Source: Patescibacteria group bacterium
GTDB taxonomy: Bacteria > Patescibacteriota > Patescibacteriia > PEXW01
DNA: 64,000 nt
Direction of reading: 5' to 3'
Assembly: GCA_041665345.1 (NCBI GenBank)
Contig: JBAYJA010000001.1
Coordinates: forward strand, 201,206 to 265,205
Positions within the stretch are counted from its first letter, which is position 1. Each line of letters opens with the position of its first letter. This document shows, in pieces, positions 17,395 through 27,610 of this stretch. Below the pieces are notes generated by a model. That model worked only from the letters and a program-made list of their open reading frames with translations. It made no database searches and was not told the DNA's origin. Made by a program: the position numbers and the translations under genes.

Positions 17395-18717
17395 GTGCCC
17401 GCATTGGTGCGCGGCATGAAAGATATTCTGCCTGTGGATTGGCCATGGTGGAATTTGGTTATCCAAAAAGTGATTAGCGTGGCGCAGGATTTTGGCTTTG
17501 AGCGCATTGAGACGCCGATTTTGGAAGAGCACAGCATGTTCGTGCGATCCGTAGGCAAGGAAACCGACATTGTGGAAAAGGAACTCTTCAATTTCGAAGA
17601 CAAGGGCGGTGACCATGTGACAATGCGGCCAGAGAATACCGCAGGCATTGTCCGTGCGTACTTGGAGCACGGCATGGTGGCACTGCCCCAGCCAGTGAAG
17701 CTTTTCTACATTGGTCCCATGTTTCGGTACGACCGACCGCAATCTGGCCGCTACCGCCAGTTTTGGCAATTTGGCTTTGAATTAATTGGCGACGGGCATC
17801 CGGTGGTGGATGCAGAGGTGATTGCCATTGGCCACGCTATTTACCAAGAGCTGGGTATACCCACGCGCGTCCAGGTGAACTCCGTGGGGGACGCGCCCAC
17901 TCGCCAAGCGTATGCCAAAGTGCTTACGGACTACTTCCGCACGCGGAAGAACCAACTCTGTGAAGACTGCAAGCGCCGGTTGCAGAAGAATCCCATGCGC
18001 GTGTTGGACTGCAAGCAGCCAGACTGCCAGCTTTTGGCGCAGGACGCACCGCCACTCATTGACCACCTGTCTGAAGCTGCACGGGAGCACTTTGTGAAAG
18101 TACTGGAGCATCTTGATGACATGGAAGTGCCCTACGATTTGAACCCGCGCATTGTCCGGGGGTTAGACTACTACACTCACACTGCGTTTGAGTATGTCCC
18201 TGCAGACGGGGTTGGCGCGGAAAAGCAGCAAGTGGCACTTGGGGGTGGCGGACGCTACGACGGGATGGTGGAATTGTTCGGTGGCCGACCCACGCCAGCC
18301 ATTGGCTTTGCGGGTGGCCTGGAGCGCACCATCATGCAGCTGAAGGCGCGCGGGATACAGCCTGCTGCACCTCCACGGCCCGACGTCTTTTTGGCGCAGC
18401 TTGGTGATGGTCCGCGCAAAAAGGCAGTGAAGCTGCACCGAGAACTTCGGGCAATGGGAATTCGCGCCGCTGCAACGTTCTCCAAGACGAATATCAAGGG
18501 CCAATTGGAAACTGCGAACCGCTTGCGTGCTCCGTTTACCCTCATTCTGGGGCAGAAAGAGCTGGTGGATGGCACTATTCTGATTCGCGACATGGAAAAC
18601 GGCATTCAAGAAGTGGTTGACTTCTCCAAAGTCATCTCCGAAATTCAGAAACGCATTGGGAAGACCAATGGGAATGGGAACGGCAGTGTGGTTCCAGATG
18701 CTCCAGCAGTTGCATGA
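17395..18717 (+). CDS. hisS: histidine--tRNA ligase
   Basis: Class II aaRS motifs. The likely start is the GTG at 17395, with AAAGGGGAAA just upstream. The track ORF starting at 17146 overlaps lepB and is too long. The ATG at 17338 is an alternative start. Confidence 0.8.
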   Translation: MPALVRGMKDILPVDWPWWNLVIQKVISVAQDFGFERIETPILEEHSMFVRSVGKETDIVEKELFNFEDKGGDHVTMRPENTAGIVRAYLEHGMVALPQPVKLFYIGPMFRYDRPQSGRYRQFWQFGFELIGDGHPVVDAEVIAIGHAIYQELGIPTRVQVNSVGDAPTRQAYAKVLTDYFRTRKNQLCEDCKRRLQKNPMRVLDCKQPDCQLLAQDAPPLIDHLSEAAREHFVKVLEHLDDMEVPYDLNPRIVRGLDYYTHTAFEYVPADGVGAEKQQVALGGGGRYDGMVELFGGRPTPAIGFAGGLERTIMQLKARGIQPAAPPRPDVFLAQLGDGPRKKAVKLHRELRAMGIRAAATFSKTNIKGQLETANRLRAPFTLILGQKELVDGTILIRDMENGIQEVVDFSKVISEIQKRIGKTNGNGNGSVVPDAPAVA

Positions 18718-19055
18718 GTACCCAAGATTGCATTTTCTGTTCGATTTCTGACCATGAGGCACCAGCGACAGTGGTTTGGGAGAATGAGGACGCCATGGCT
18801 TTTCAGGATATTCACCCTCGTGCCAAAGTGCACGTCCTGCTGATCCCAAAGCGACATTACACCAGTTTGGCCAACCTCAATGCGACAGATGCACCCTGGC
18901 TGGGCAAGTTGCTGGCGGCGGTCCCAGAGGTTGCGGAGAAGCTGGGCATCCGGGAGTCTGGGTTCAAGACCCTCATCCAAACAGGTGTTGATGGTGGCCA
19001 AGTGGTTGGTCACCTACACATCCACATTCTGGGCGGGGAACGGGTTGGGGAGTAG
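18714..19055 (+). CDS. HIT family (histidine triad) nucleotide hydrolase
   Basis: HxHxHxx motif (HLHIHILGG). The start overlaps the hisS stop (ATGA). Confidence 0.8.
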   Translation: MSTQDCIFCSISDHEAPATVVWENEDAMAFQDIHPRAKVHVLLIPKRHYTSLANLNATDAPWLGKLLAAVPEVAEKLGIRESGFKTLIQTGVDGGQVVGHLHIHILGGERVGE

Positions 19056-19143
19056 GTCTGGCATTTGACAATGTGCCCTATTCCGTGTCATATTTTGTTT
19101 ACCGAATTTCTATCCAATAACACCTAAAGGAGGTGCCTGACCT

Positions 19144-19431
19144 GTGGTTGAAGTAAAGAAGAAAGACAACGAATCGAGCGAAAGCCTTATCCGCCGTTTC
19201 ACGCGACGCGTGCAGCAGAGCGGTGTTTTGCAGCGCACGAAAAAAGCGCAGTACTTTACGGAAACGCCCAATGAGCGTTTGGTGAAGGAAAAAGCCATTC
19301 GCCGGTCCAAGATCATGGAAAAGAAGGAGTACTTGCGGAAAATTGGGAAACTGGATGACCTGATGGCGAAGACGAAAGGTCGTGGCCGCACACGTGGCCT
19401 TGTGAAACTCCTTGGCGTAAAACTGAAATAA
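19144..19431 (+). CDS. rpsU: 30S ribosomal protein S21
   Basis: GTG start 10 nt after AAAGGAGG. Typical S21 N-terminus (VEVKKKDNESSESLIRRFTRRVQQSGVL) and a basic C-terminal extension. Confidence 0.8.
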   Translation: MVEVKKKDNESSESLIRRFTRRVQQSGVLQRTKKAQYFTETPNERLVKEKAIRRSKIMEKKEYLRKIGKLDDLMAKTKGRGRTRGLVKLLGVKLK

Positions 19432-19433
19432 GC

Positions 19434-19889
19434 ATGAACCTCAAAGAACGCATTGACACAGATGTCATTGCTGCAATGAAAGCGCATGACGCAACGCGAG
19501 TTGACGTTTTGCGCTTCACGAAAAGTAGCTTGCAGAACGCGGAAAAGCAGAAGCGCGAACCACTGACTGATGCTGAAGTGGAAAAAACCTTGGCGTCGGA
19601 AGTGAAACGCAGGCACGAAGCAGCGGAGCAGTTTCGCGCTGCGAACCGCGTTGATTTAGCTGAACCAGAAGAACAAGCAGCTGCCGTACTGCAAACGTAC
19701 TTGCCGCAACCCCTGACCCCTGCGGAAGTTCAGGCTATTGTGGATGAGTGCATTACTACCCTGGGCGCAAAGGGAAACCCTCAGGCCTTTGGGAAAGTTA
19801 TGGGTGCGGTCATGGCCAAAGTGGGCACCCGGGCTGACGGCAAAACCATTCAAACAGCAGTCCGTTCTCTCCTCAACCCTTCCAAATAA
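19434..19889 (+). CDS. GatB/YqeY domain-containing protein
   Basis: YqeY-like fold lying immediately after rpsU, which is the conserved pairing. Confidence 0.7.
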   Translation: MNLKERIDTDVIAAMKAHDATRVDVLRFTKSSLQNAEKQKREPLTDAEVEKTLASEVKRRHEAAEQFRAANRVDLAEPEEQAAAVLQTYLPQPLTPAEVQAIVDECITTLGAKGNPQAFGKVMGAVMAKVGTRADGKTIQTAVRSLLNPSK

Positions 19890-19933
19890 AACCCGGCCAT
19901 CTTGGCCGCGCATGTAGCTTGTCGGCACTGCGC

Positions 19934-22900
19934 ATGAAACACAGCCAAAAAACTTTCTTCGCTTTCCTTGCGCTTGGCGTCATAGCCGGAGCGGCGCTGT
20001 TTGCGTTTGCACATGTCGCCCAAGCCCTTACGGTTGAGAATGTTGGCGGCACCCTCACTTTGGGTGACGCAGATTTGAAGCAAACAGTCATCAACGTCAT
20101 CAAGTGGGCGTTGGGGCTCTTGGGTCTTGTGGCGGTCATCATCATGCTCTACGGCGGGTTCCTGTGGCTCACGTCACGGGGTGATGAAAAGCAAATTGAT
20201 AAAGCCAAGCGCACGCTCATCAACGGTGCCATTGGCATTGTCATCATTCTCGTTGCCTGGGCAATTGTGCTCTTCGTCCAGCGGTTCATTACGGGGTCAA
20301 CGGGCACGGCGAACGCAGCATCGTGTGGTCCAAATGTGGGTATAGGGTTTGGCCAATATGGTTGTAATGACTGCGTGGATAGCGCCCCCGTTGGGGATGG
20401 TGAGGGAATTCTTGTACCGAATCCAGCTTACTGTCAGGTACCTCCACCAGCAGATTACTGGCAATCAACGAGTCAAGTACCACCAAGGCCAACCGAAAAT
20501 GTGAAATTATGTACTACCCCCACAGAGACATTTGGCGGATTACGGGATGAGGATGGTGATTCCACACCCGATGAAAACAATGCAGCAACTGGTGAATATA
20601 CCGTCGAGCCACTCACGGATTTTGGTGGTGCGGTATCCGGGCCAGGAATTGTGGGTGTGACGAACAGGACGATAAGTCAATCTGCGGAGTTTATGCATAT
20701 CGGTGCGGATTTCGCGAGAAACACTGTGTATCGTGTTACGCACAATACTTTTTCAAGCGCGACCGGAGCATTGCTTACTTTACCTGCCCAAAGTTGGGAG
20801 TTTAAAACAGGTGAAGAAACAGACCAAGAGCCACCCACTGTGGATGCGGTATTGCCAGATAATGGCGATACCATTCAATGCCTCATGCCAGAACTACATG
20901 TTCGATTTAGTGAGGCCATGCTTGCATCCTCAATGCATGTCGACAATGTGCGTGTAGTAGTAACCCCAGCACCACCAACACCCGTAGAACTAACTTCAAT
21001 AACCCATTGGCCTGGGATGCTTGGTTTTACAGCAAATTTTGGCCAAGCACTCCCGGCAAACTCTACAGTAACGATTACATTAGATTCTCGTGAGGACACA
21101 ATATTACAACCCGGGTCGCACGGTGGGCAGTATCTACCCGGATTGAAAGACGCGTGCGTGAACGCGCTAGATGGTGATGGCGATACTAACTCTGAGGGTC
21201 CGCCACAAGACAACTACTCCTGGACATTTACAATTGGAAATACAACGCAAGTAGCCTGTGATCCAAAGATTACGAATATCGAATCACCAGTATTCTACGG
21301 AAATAATGGTGCAGATGCACTACAATCTGTAACCATTTCAGGTGAAAATTTTGGCCTCAACCCCACTGTTCATTTTACGGGGATTGGAGTTATTGCAAAT
21401 AACATAGGTGGTCCCACGAGCAGTTGTTTTGATGCGAATTTCAGACCCAAGCAGAATAATTCGGAACAGTGCATTCTCAATTCGAATAACAGCACGATAC
21501 AGACACTCGTCCCGGCGGGACATACACCATCAGCCAATGCAAGTCTCTCAGCATCCAGTGGTGCGGTTGATGGATCTGTGGTGGTGCAGACGGGGAAGTA
21601 CAGTCCTCCTTCAACTCCCATCGATGTGCAAAGCCCACATATAGACTGGGCGAATCCACCTGATGGCAAGGAAGGAACATTTGTAACGATCCACGGTTCA
21701 CATTTCGGTAATAATGCAGGAACAGTGTATTTCCGCAAAGCTGATGGCTCAAGCGCGGTGAGCGCACCAATTCCAGCTTGTGCGGGAGCTAGTGGATGGA
21801 CCGACACCGAGATAGTTGTACAGGTACCCGCAGGATTTGCTGTTGCCGAATTGGCCGATATTCAGGTTCGAAACATTTCTCTTCCTGAACCACGTGGTCG
21901 AAGTAATTTGTTCCGCTTTACAATTAACAATGTTGAGCATCCAGGCCTATGTTTTATTGATCCCGTATGTCACGCGTCTAGCGGACAGGAACTTGTAGCC
22001 ACAGGAGAAGGATTTGGCAGCGATATAAATCAATTGCAAGGTTTGTACAATGCATTTGGCGATGCTGGTAAGAACTTTGTCTCCCCTGGTGTTGTGCGAT
22101 TCAGTGCACCCGATACGCTGCCTAACAATTCGTATAATTTTGCGGTTCGGGTTGGGACCAGGGTAACCAACCCACGCTCCTACCGCATCCCGTGCGACCC
22201 GCCGCCGCAGGTGGTGGAGAGCGCGTCGTGCAGTGCCACCCAGGTGCCGTCACCCAACCCCCGGCCAAACAGCACGGACATGTGCCGCAACAGCATTATC
22301 CAGGCGGAGTTTAATGTGGATATGAATGTTGGCACATTGATTGCAGCAAACATGCAGGTGCAGGACTGCGGTGCAAACCCCACCTTTGACGGTTCATCGT
22401 GTGCCAATATTGCTGGAGATGTTACTGCACCATCGGACCGTATTATTCAATTTGCACCAGACGCGGCTTTACTTGGGAATCACTGGTACCAGGTAACTAT
22501 AGGGCGTGGTGTGCAAAATGTGGGGCTAGCGAACATGAACCAAGATTACGTCTGGCACTTCCGCGTGCGAGATAGTGCGGAAAACTGTACAGCGCAAATG
22601 GTCACGGTGCAACCAAGCAATTGGCCGATGCTTACGGGTGATTCAAATAATTTTCAAGCTCAGGCAATGCTGAATAACTGCAATCTCTTGGATACAGATG
22701 CGAATTTTTCTTGGGCGACTTCGAATGTAGTTTTGACTAACAACGTCATTCCATTAGGCCCAGGTGGGAGTTTTGGGAGAATTACCATTCAACCGCCAAC
22801 ACCTGGTGAAACCGATCTCACTGCCGTGCTTACAGCACAAGCAGACGGAAAGCAAGGCCAAGCCATTGTGACGGTGCGACGCGGGGCGTGTGAAACCAAC

Positions 22901-25900
22901 GCTGACTGTACAGCCGGCGGAACCATGTGTGCAGGTTCCATCTGCCAAGAAGTCTCACCGGGGAACAAGCGGTGTACGCCTTCCATTACGAGCATGACGA
23001 ACACCGGACCAGCAGGAAATTTGGTGACTATTGATGGTTGCTACTTTGGGGCGTACAAGGGGAGTGGTACGGTTCGGTTTGATGTGAATGAAACTGTTGA
23101 TCCTTCAGCCGTGGAAGGAAACTTTGCCATGTGCGGCCCTGGTGCGTGGACTGATACCCAGATCACTGTAGCGCATGAACCAAAGGACGCTGTGACAGGC
23201 TCAGTTTGGAAAGCCCAAGTGCAACCCGACGGCGCTGGCGTGAACCCAAGTCCATGGTTTACGGGGTACACCGTGGCAGGCTTGTGCCAGACGAACACTG
23301 GCGCGATGGTACCGGTTCCTGCAGATGGCGTCCCCCAGCTGTGCGGCATTTCACCAAGTATTGCCAAGGCAAGTCAGCAAATTACATATACTGGCGCTCG
23401 TTTTAACCCATCAAATGGCGATCCAACAAATGATAGCCGGGTGTTCTTCCAGCAAACGGCTGCTGGTGTGCCTCCTTGGACGCCAGCACAAAGCAGTGGG
23501 ACTTTTTCAACGACGATGGGCACAGGGGTAGTAGCAGGTAATGCGGTTTACTCGCCTGGTCGTACTGTTGTTGGAAAACCTGTTACTGGGGCACCCGGAC
23601 TGTACTGCCTTTCCAACCATAAAGATTTCACGCTTCGGTGTGACACCAATGCTGAGTGTGCGAGCGGGTGCTGCAGTGGGAACCAGTGCGCGCCGAATTT
23701 GAATGCTTGCACGGATAGCTTAGTTGATTCCGTTGATCCTGATAGTGGCACGCTTTCTTGCCGCAACGCGTCTTTCACCATTACCTTTACTCCAGACATG
23801 CAGGGGAGCACGCTCACTACAGCAAACATCAAGCTCCGGCTGTCACCTGGGGGTGCAGAGATTCCCACAGATTTGCACATCATGGGGAGTAAGGTCGTCA
23901 GACTGAATCCCAAAACACCTATAGCAAGGAATAGTGTTGTAGAAGTTATCATTCGTGGTTCGCAAATTGGCGTACTGTCTGTTGATGGAAAATTTATGGG
24001 GGGTGACTGGATTGCTGGGCCAGTGCAAGTTGCTGCTGATGCAACAATTTGCACAGTCAACCGGGTGGCAGTGGTTCGGTACTTCAATACGCCAATTACT
24101 GAAGACCTCTTTGGCTGCAGTGGGAATAATTGTAGCGGTGATATTGATGGTGCAAATGGAAATCAGCATGGGTACTTTGCTGTTGCCCTAAGCACTGGAG
24201 GTGAAATACTCACTGCAGAATCTCAAGTGTGGACGGAAGCAGATACCGGTGGTACTCCAGGGCAAACGAACACCTACACTGGTGGTTTGGATGCAGGGTT
24301 ATGTAGGGGGGCTGCAACTGGTCCAGATCAGGTGTACTGTGCAACCGCTCTGAACGTAGCTAATGGTACGGAAAATTTGACCGTGCAGGTTACAGCCGCG
24401 AATAACGCCGGAACTGGCACAGCAACTTTTCCTATCCGTTCCTTCATGTGCGCTAACCCCTGGCCAGCACCACCGAACTACCCCTTCCGGGATTCGATAT
24501 TCAATTTTGAAACATCTTTCTGCCGGGACAGCTTACCGGACTACACGCTCCAACCCGTGAATACCGGCAATGCGATCGACCCTGACATTTTGCAAGAGTA
24601 CTTATTTACGGTCCAGAAGACTGGTGCGGGGACTGGCGATGCGCTTGGCATTCGGGTATACCTCAACCAAAACCACCTGTCGCCAGAGAAGTGGTACAAG
24701 CTGAAGCAGGGGGTCGCTCCTTCAGGTGGCGCAACCACCATTGATGGTTTCCCGGCGATTCGGGAAGGCCGCACCGTGTACGTCGGTGCTCCAAATTTGT
24801 TTAGCAATCAATACTACCCAAATATCTACGTCATTTCGCATACGGACAATGCGTCCAGTGAAACCGTGCAGATTTTTGAGAACATTCTGAAAAATTTTCG
24901 CTTAGCACTTTTCGCAGATGCAACGGAGAAAGTTGCTTTGCAACGGGATATGGTTCGTTTCCATAATTACTGGGATATTGTCTACGCGCTGGAAGATCGG
25001 CGTCTGAAGCAGGGGAGTTACCCCAAGTTAGAAACTGGGTCGTACCTCAAAGGTATTTCCACGACCCATTGGCCATCGTGGAATCAGGCATTCACCCAAG
25101 AGTTGGGTATATCACCACCCAAAGATCCACAAGATACCTGGAATCCGGGGATTCTAAACACGCGCTGTCCTGCTTCAAGTGGTTACGAGCAAACGACCTG
25201 CTGGAGCGAATCACTCAAGCGATTCCAGTTTCCCAACGAGCCGGCGAATAATCCACCGCTGTCCAAGGGGATTCTCTACTCGTACCCAAACACAGCGCTT
25301 TACGGAACCGTGGAAGCGGTGCAGCACCCCTGGGGGCAATTTACCCTCACGCGAAATTTTACGGGAGCCACTGTGCCTACCGATGATCCATGTAGTTCTT
25401 TCACCGGTTCACGTTGCAATGGGTTCAACGTCAAAATCCCAATGACATTATTTGCAGCCATTGTGAATGCGACTGTTGTATCGCAATCTGATACAACCGC
25501 TCCAACGGTGAGCATAACGTCACCAACCGCTGGTGGCGTCTCGGGCATGGTGTCCTTCATTGCGCAAGCGCAAGACAATGCAGCTGGAACCGGGATTGAA
25601 AATGTGACCTTCACCTTGCAAGGCCCAGATACCATTAGCCGTGTTGAAACCGTACCATTTGCACCTGGTCGGTACCGCTTGATTGTGAATACGCAGGGAC
25701 TCACCAATGGGCCTTACCAGCTGACGGTCAGAGCGTTTGACCGGGCCGGGAATCCTTCCACCACTGCGCAGCGGTCATACACCGTGTCCAATACCAGCAG
25801 TACCCCAGACAACCAAGCGCCGAGCCTGAGTTTCACGCAGCCAAGTACAGCTGGAGCAGTCCTGGCAAAGAACGTAGCGAACACTGTAGCCGCTTTTGCC

Positions 25901-26992
25901 GATGATCAGCTCGCTGGAGGTTCTGGGATTGCTGCCGTCACCTTCTACCTTTCCCGTTCGTCCTCTTTCTCAGTCTCAGGGCCGCAAGCCAATGAACTAC
26001 TTGGGCAGTCCCCAGGCACTGCCTGCGGCGGCGCGGCGTGCCCGCTGTTCTACACCGGCAGCGTGACCATTCCGCAGTCCACTTTGGCAACGTACACCAA
26101 TGGGTCAAAAACCCTGCGGGCAGTAGCGCGGGATGTGGCCGGGAATACCCGCACGGTCGATCTGCTGGTGAATATTGAGACTACTGCAACGAATGACGCG
26201 CGGCCGATTATTACGGCGTTTACCCCAAATGGGAGCACGGCGCTGCCGCTGGGAGTACCCTCGACCATTCAGATCCAAGCGTCCGATGATCACGCCCTGG
26301 CTGGGTTGAGCGTTTCCGTGGTCACAGGATCGGAACCGTATACGAACGTCGATATTCCAAACGACTCTATTGCGTTCAACCCCACGCCCCCAACGCTGTC
26401 TGCCACCCATGCCTTTACCTGGACGCCAACGACAGTGGGGGTCTACTCTTTCACCTTTCAAGCAAATGACTTCGTTCCACAAGTTGCAGCGTTTAGCATC
26501 CTCGTCAGCGTGGAAGATCTTAATACTCCACCAGTCATCAGTATGAACCAACCGGGAAATGGTACGACAGTCCAGAGTGCAACGTTAGTGCCAATTCGTG
26601 CCACAATTTCTGACGCAAATAGTAACCTGAGTACCCTTGCAGTGCGAATTGATGATCTCACAACGCCTGCAGCTTCATTTGACTATCCTAATTTGACGAA
26701 TTACTACAATACCTCCAGTACGAGCACGTGGAATCTCAATATTCCAGATTGGACACCCGCTGCAGCGCACAACTACCGCATACGGATTACTGCACAAGAT
26801 GCCAATAGTGCCCAGGGACAAGTTGAGACGAATATTACCGTCAACGCGTCAGCGCCGGTACAGTGTGGTCCAGTCAGTTACGGAATTTCCTGTATGAGTG
26901 GCGTGCAGCAGTGCTGTGATTTCTCTGGTTGTAACAATACCGTTTTTTGCGCACCAATGTCTGGAAGCTGCGGCAACCCTGCCTGCTCGTAG
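19934..26992 (+). CDS. giant cell-surface protein (about 2350 aa)
   Basis: Domain order along the protein:
- a signal peptide
- two closely spaced TM helices at the N-terminus
- multiple IPT/TIG-like repeats (for example PKITNIESPVFYGNNGADALQSVTISGENFG)
- Cys-rich knots (CDTNAECASGCCSGNQC)
- four to five bacterial Ig-like repeats (TAPTVSITSPTAGGVSG...)
- a Cys-rich C-terminus

No C-terminal anchor was seen. The track start at 19919 is a TTG and the first ATG is at 19934. Confidence 0.75.
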   Translation: MKHSQKTFFAFLALGVIAGAALFAFAHVAQALTVENVGGTLTLGDADLKQTVINVIKWALGLLGLVAVIIMLYGGFLWLTSRGDEKQIDKAKRTLINGAIGIVIILVAWAIVLFVQRFITGSTGTANAASCGPNVGIGFGQYGCNDCVDSAPVGDGEGILVPNPAYCQVPPPADYWQSTSQVPPRPTENVKLCTTPTETFGGLRDEDGDSTPDENNAATGEYTVEPLTDFGGAVSGPGIVGVTNRTISQSAEFMHIGADFARNTVYRVTHNTFSSATGALLTLPAQSWEFKTGEETDQEPPTVDAVLPDNGDTIQCLMPELHVRFSEAMLASSMHVDNVRVVVTPAPPTPVELTSITHWPGMLGFTANFGQALPANSTVTITLDSREDTILQPGSHGGQYLPGLKDACVNALDGDGDTNSEGPPQDNYSWTFTIGNTTQVACDPKITNIESPVFYGNNGADALQSVTISGENFGLNPTVHFTGIGVIANNIGGPTSSCFDANFRPKQNNSEQCILNSNNSTIQTLVPAGHTPSANASLSASSGAVDGSVVVQTGKYSPPSTPIDVQSPHIDWANPPDGKEGTFVTIHGSHFGNNAGTVYFRKADGSSAVSAPIPACAGASGWTDTEIVVQVPAGFAVAELADIQVRNISLPEPRGRSNLFRFTINNVEHPGLCFIDPVCHASSGQELVATGEGFGSDINQLQGLYNAFGDAGKNFVSPGVVRFSAPDTLPNNSYNFAVRVGTRVTNPRSYRIPCDPPPQVVESASCSATQVPSPNPRPNSTDMCRNSIIQAEFNVDMNVGTLIAANMQVQDCGANPTFDGSSCANIAGDVTAPSDRIIQFAPDAALLGNHWYQVTIGRGVQNVGLANMNQDYVWHFRVRDSAENCTAQMVTVQPSNWPMLTGDSNNFQAQAMLNNCNLLDTDANFSWATSNVVLTNNVIPLGPGGSFGRITIQPPTPGETDLTAVLTAQADGKQGQAIVTVRRGACETNADCTAGGTMCAGSICQEVSPGNKRCTPSITSMTNTGPAGNLVTIDGCYFGAYKGSGTVRFDVNETVDPSAVEGNFAMCGPGAWTDTQITVAHEPKDAVTGSVWKAQVQPDGAGVNPSPWFTGYTVAGLCQTNTGAMVPVPADGVPQLCGISPSIAKASQQITYTGARFNPSNGDPTNDSRVFFQQTAAGVPPWTPAQSSGTFSTTMGTGVVAGNAVYSPGRTVVGKPVTGAPGLYCLSNHKDFTLRCDTNAECASGCCSGNQCAPNLNACTDSLVDSVDPDSGTLSCRNASFTITFTPDMQGSTLTTANIKLRLSPGGAEIPTDLHIMGSKVVRLNPKTPIARNSVVEVIIRGSQIGVLSVDGKFMGGDWIAGPVQVAADATICTVNRVAVVRYFNTPITEDLFGCSGNNCSGDIDGANGNQHGYFAVALSTGGEILTAESQVWTEADTGGTPGQTNTYTGGLDAGLCRGAATGPDQVYCATALNVANGTENLTVQVTAANNAGTGTATFPIRSFMCANPWPAPPNYPFRDSIFNFETSFCRDSLPDYTLQPVNTGNAIDPDILQEYLFTVQKTGAGTGDALGIRVYLNQNHLSPEKWYKLKQGVAPSGGATTIDGFPAIREGRTVYVGAPNLFSNQYYPNIYVISHTDNASSETVQIFENILKNFRLALFADATEKVALQRDMVRFHNYWDIVYALEDRRLKQGSYPKLETGSYLKGISTTHWPSWNQAFTQELGISPPKDPQDTWNPGILNTRCPASSGYEQTTCWSESLKRFQFPNEPANNPPLSKGILYSYPNTALYGTVEAVQHPWGQFTLTRNFTGATVPTDDPCSSFTGSRCNGFNVKIPMTLFAAIVNATVVSQSDTTAPTVSITSPTAGGVSGMVSFIAQAQDNAAGTGIENVTFTLQGPDTISRVETVPFAPGRYRLIVNTQGLTNGPYQLTVRAFDRAGNPSTTAQRSYTVSNTSSTPDNQAPSLSFTQPSTAGAVLAKNVANTVAAFADDQLAGGSGIAAVTFYLSRSSSFSVSGPQANELLGQSPGTACGGAACPLFYTGSVTIPQSTLATYTNGSKTLRAVARDVAGNTRTVDLLVNIETTATNDARPIITAFTPNGSTALPLGVPSTIQIQASDDHALAGLSVSVVTGSEPYTNVDIPNDSIAFNPTPPTLSATHAFTWTPTTVGVYSFTFQANDFVPQVAAFSILVSVEDLNTPPVISMNQPGNGTTVQSATLVPIRATISDANSNLSTLAVRIDDLTTPAASFDYPNLTNYYNTSSTSTWNLNIPDWTPAAAHNYRIRITAQDANSAQGQVETNITVNASAPVQCGPVSYGISCMSGVQQCCDFSGCNNTVFCAPMSGSCGNPACS

Positions 26993-27010
26993 ATTTTTTA
27001 TCCAATCACC

Positions 27011-27598
27011 ATGGCAAAGATTCCTGAAGACATTTTCCAAAACGTTGACCAGCAACCTGCGGGTGGACCTCGTCCAGCAGTTCCTGTGCAGCCGAAGCCA
27101 GCAGCACCAGTTTTTCCTGCAGCACTTGCGCCCCAGCAAAAGTCACGGCGCTGGGTGCTCCTGTCACTCGTTGCTTTGGTGCTCGTCCTTGGGCTGGGCG
27201 TGGTGGCCATTACCCTGCAACGGAAGAACCAAAATCCTACTACGAATGTAGCTGGTTTGGCGCAAGTGAACACGAATGCAAGCCAAACCACCTCAGTTGG
27301 GGGTACCCCCAAAAATTTGACGGTACCTGAGACGGCTCCTGATGCAGACAAGGATGGGCTTACGGATGCGGACGAGCAAGCTGCCGGGACAGACGCGAAG
27401 AAAGTGGATACCGATAGCGATCAACTCTCGGATTTTGATGAAGTGCAAGTGTACAAAACCGATCCGCGAAAACCAGACACAGACGGGGATGCGAACCCAG
27501 ATGGCGTGGAGGTAAAAAAAGGGTATAATCCAAAAGGCGCCGGTTTCCTACGGGATTTCCAAGGCGCGAAAAATTCTCTCACCAATACCAATTCTTAA
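27011..27598 (+). CDS. single-pass membrane protein with Asp-rich (thrombospondin type-3-like) Ca-binding repeats
   Basis: Pro-rich N-terminus, a TM helix, an N/T-rich linker, DADKDGLTDADE/DTDSDQLSDFDE/DTDGDANPDGVE repeats, and a KKGYNPKGAGFL module. Confidence 0.6.
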   Translation: MAKIPEDIFQNVDQQPAGGPRPAVPVQPKPAAPVFPAALAPQQKSRRWVLLSLVALVLVLGLGVVAITLQRKNQNPTTNVAGLAQVNTNASQTTSVGGTPKNLTVPETAPDADKDGLTDADEQAAGTDAKKVDTDSDQLSDFDEVQVYKTDPRKPDTDGDANPDGVEVKKGYNPKGAGFLRDFQGAKNSLTNTNS

Positions 27599-27610
27599 AC
27601 CCAGAAAACT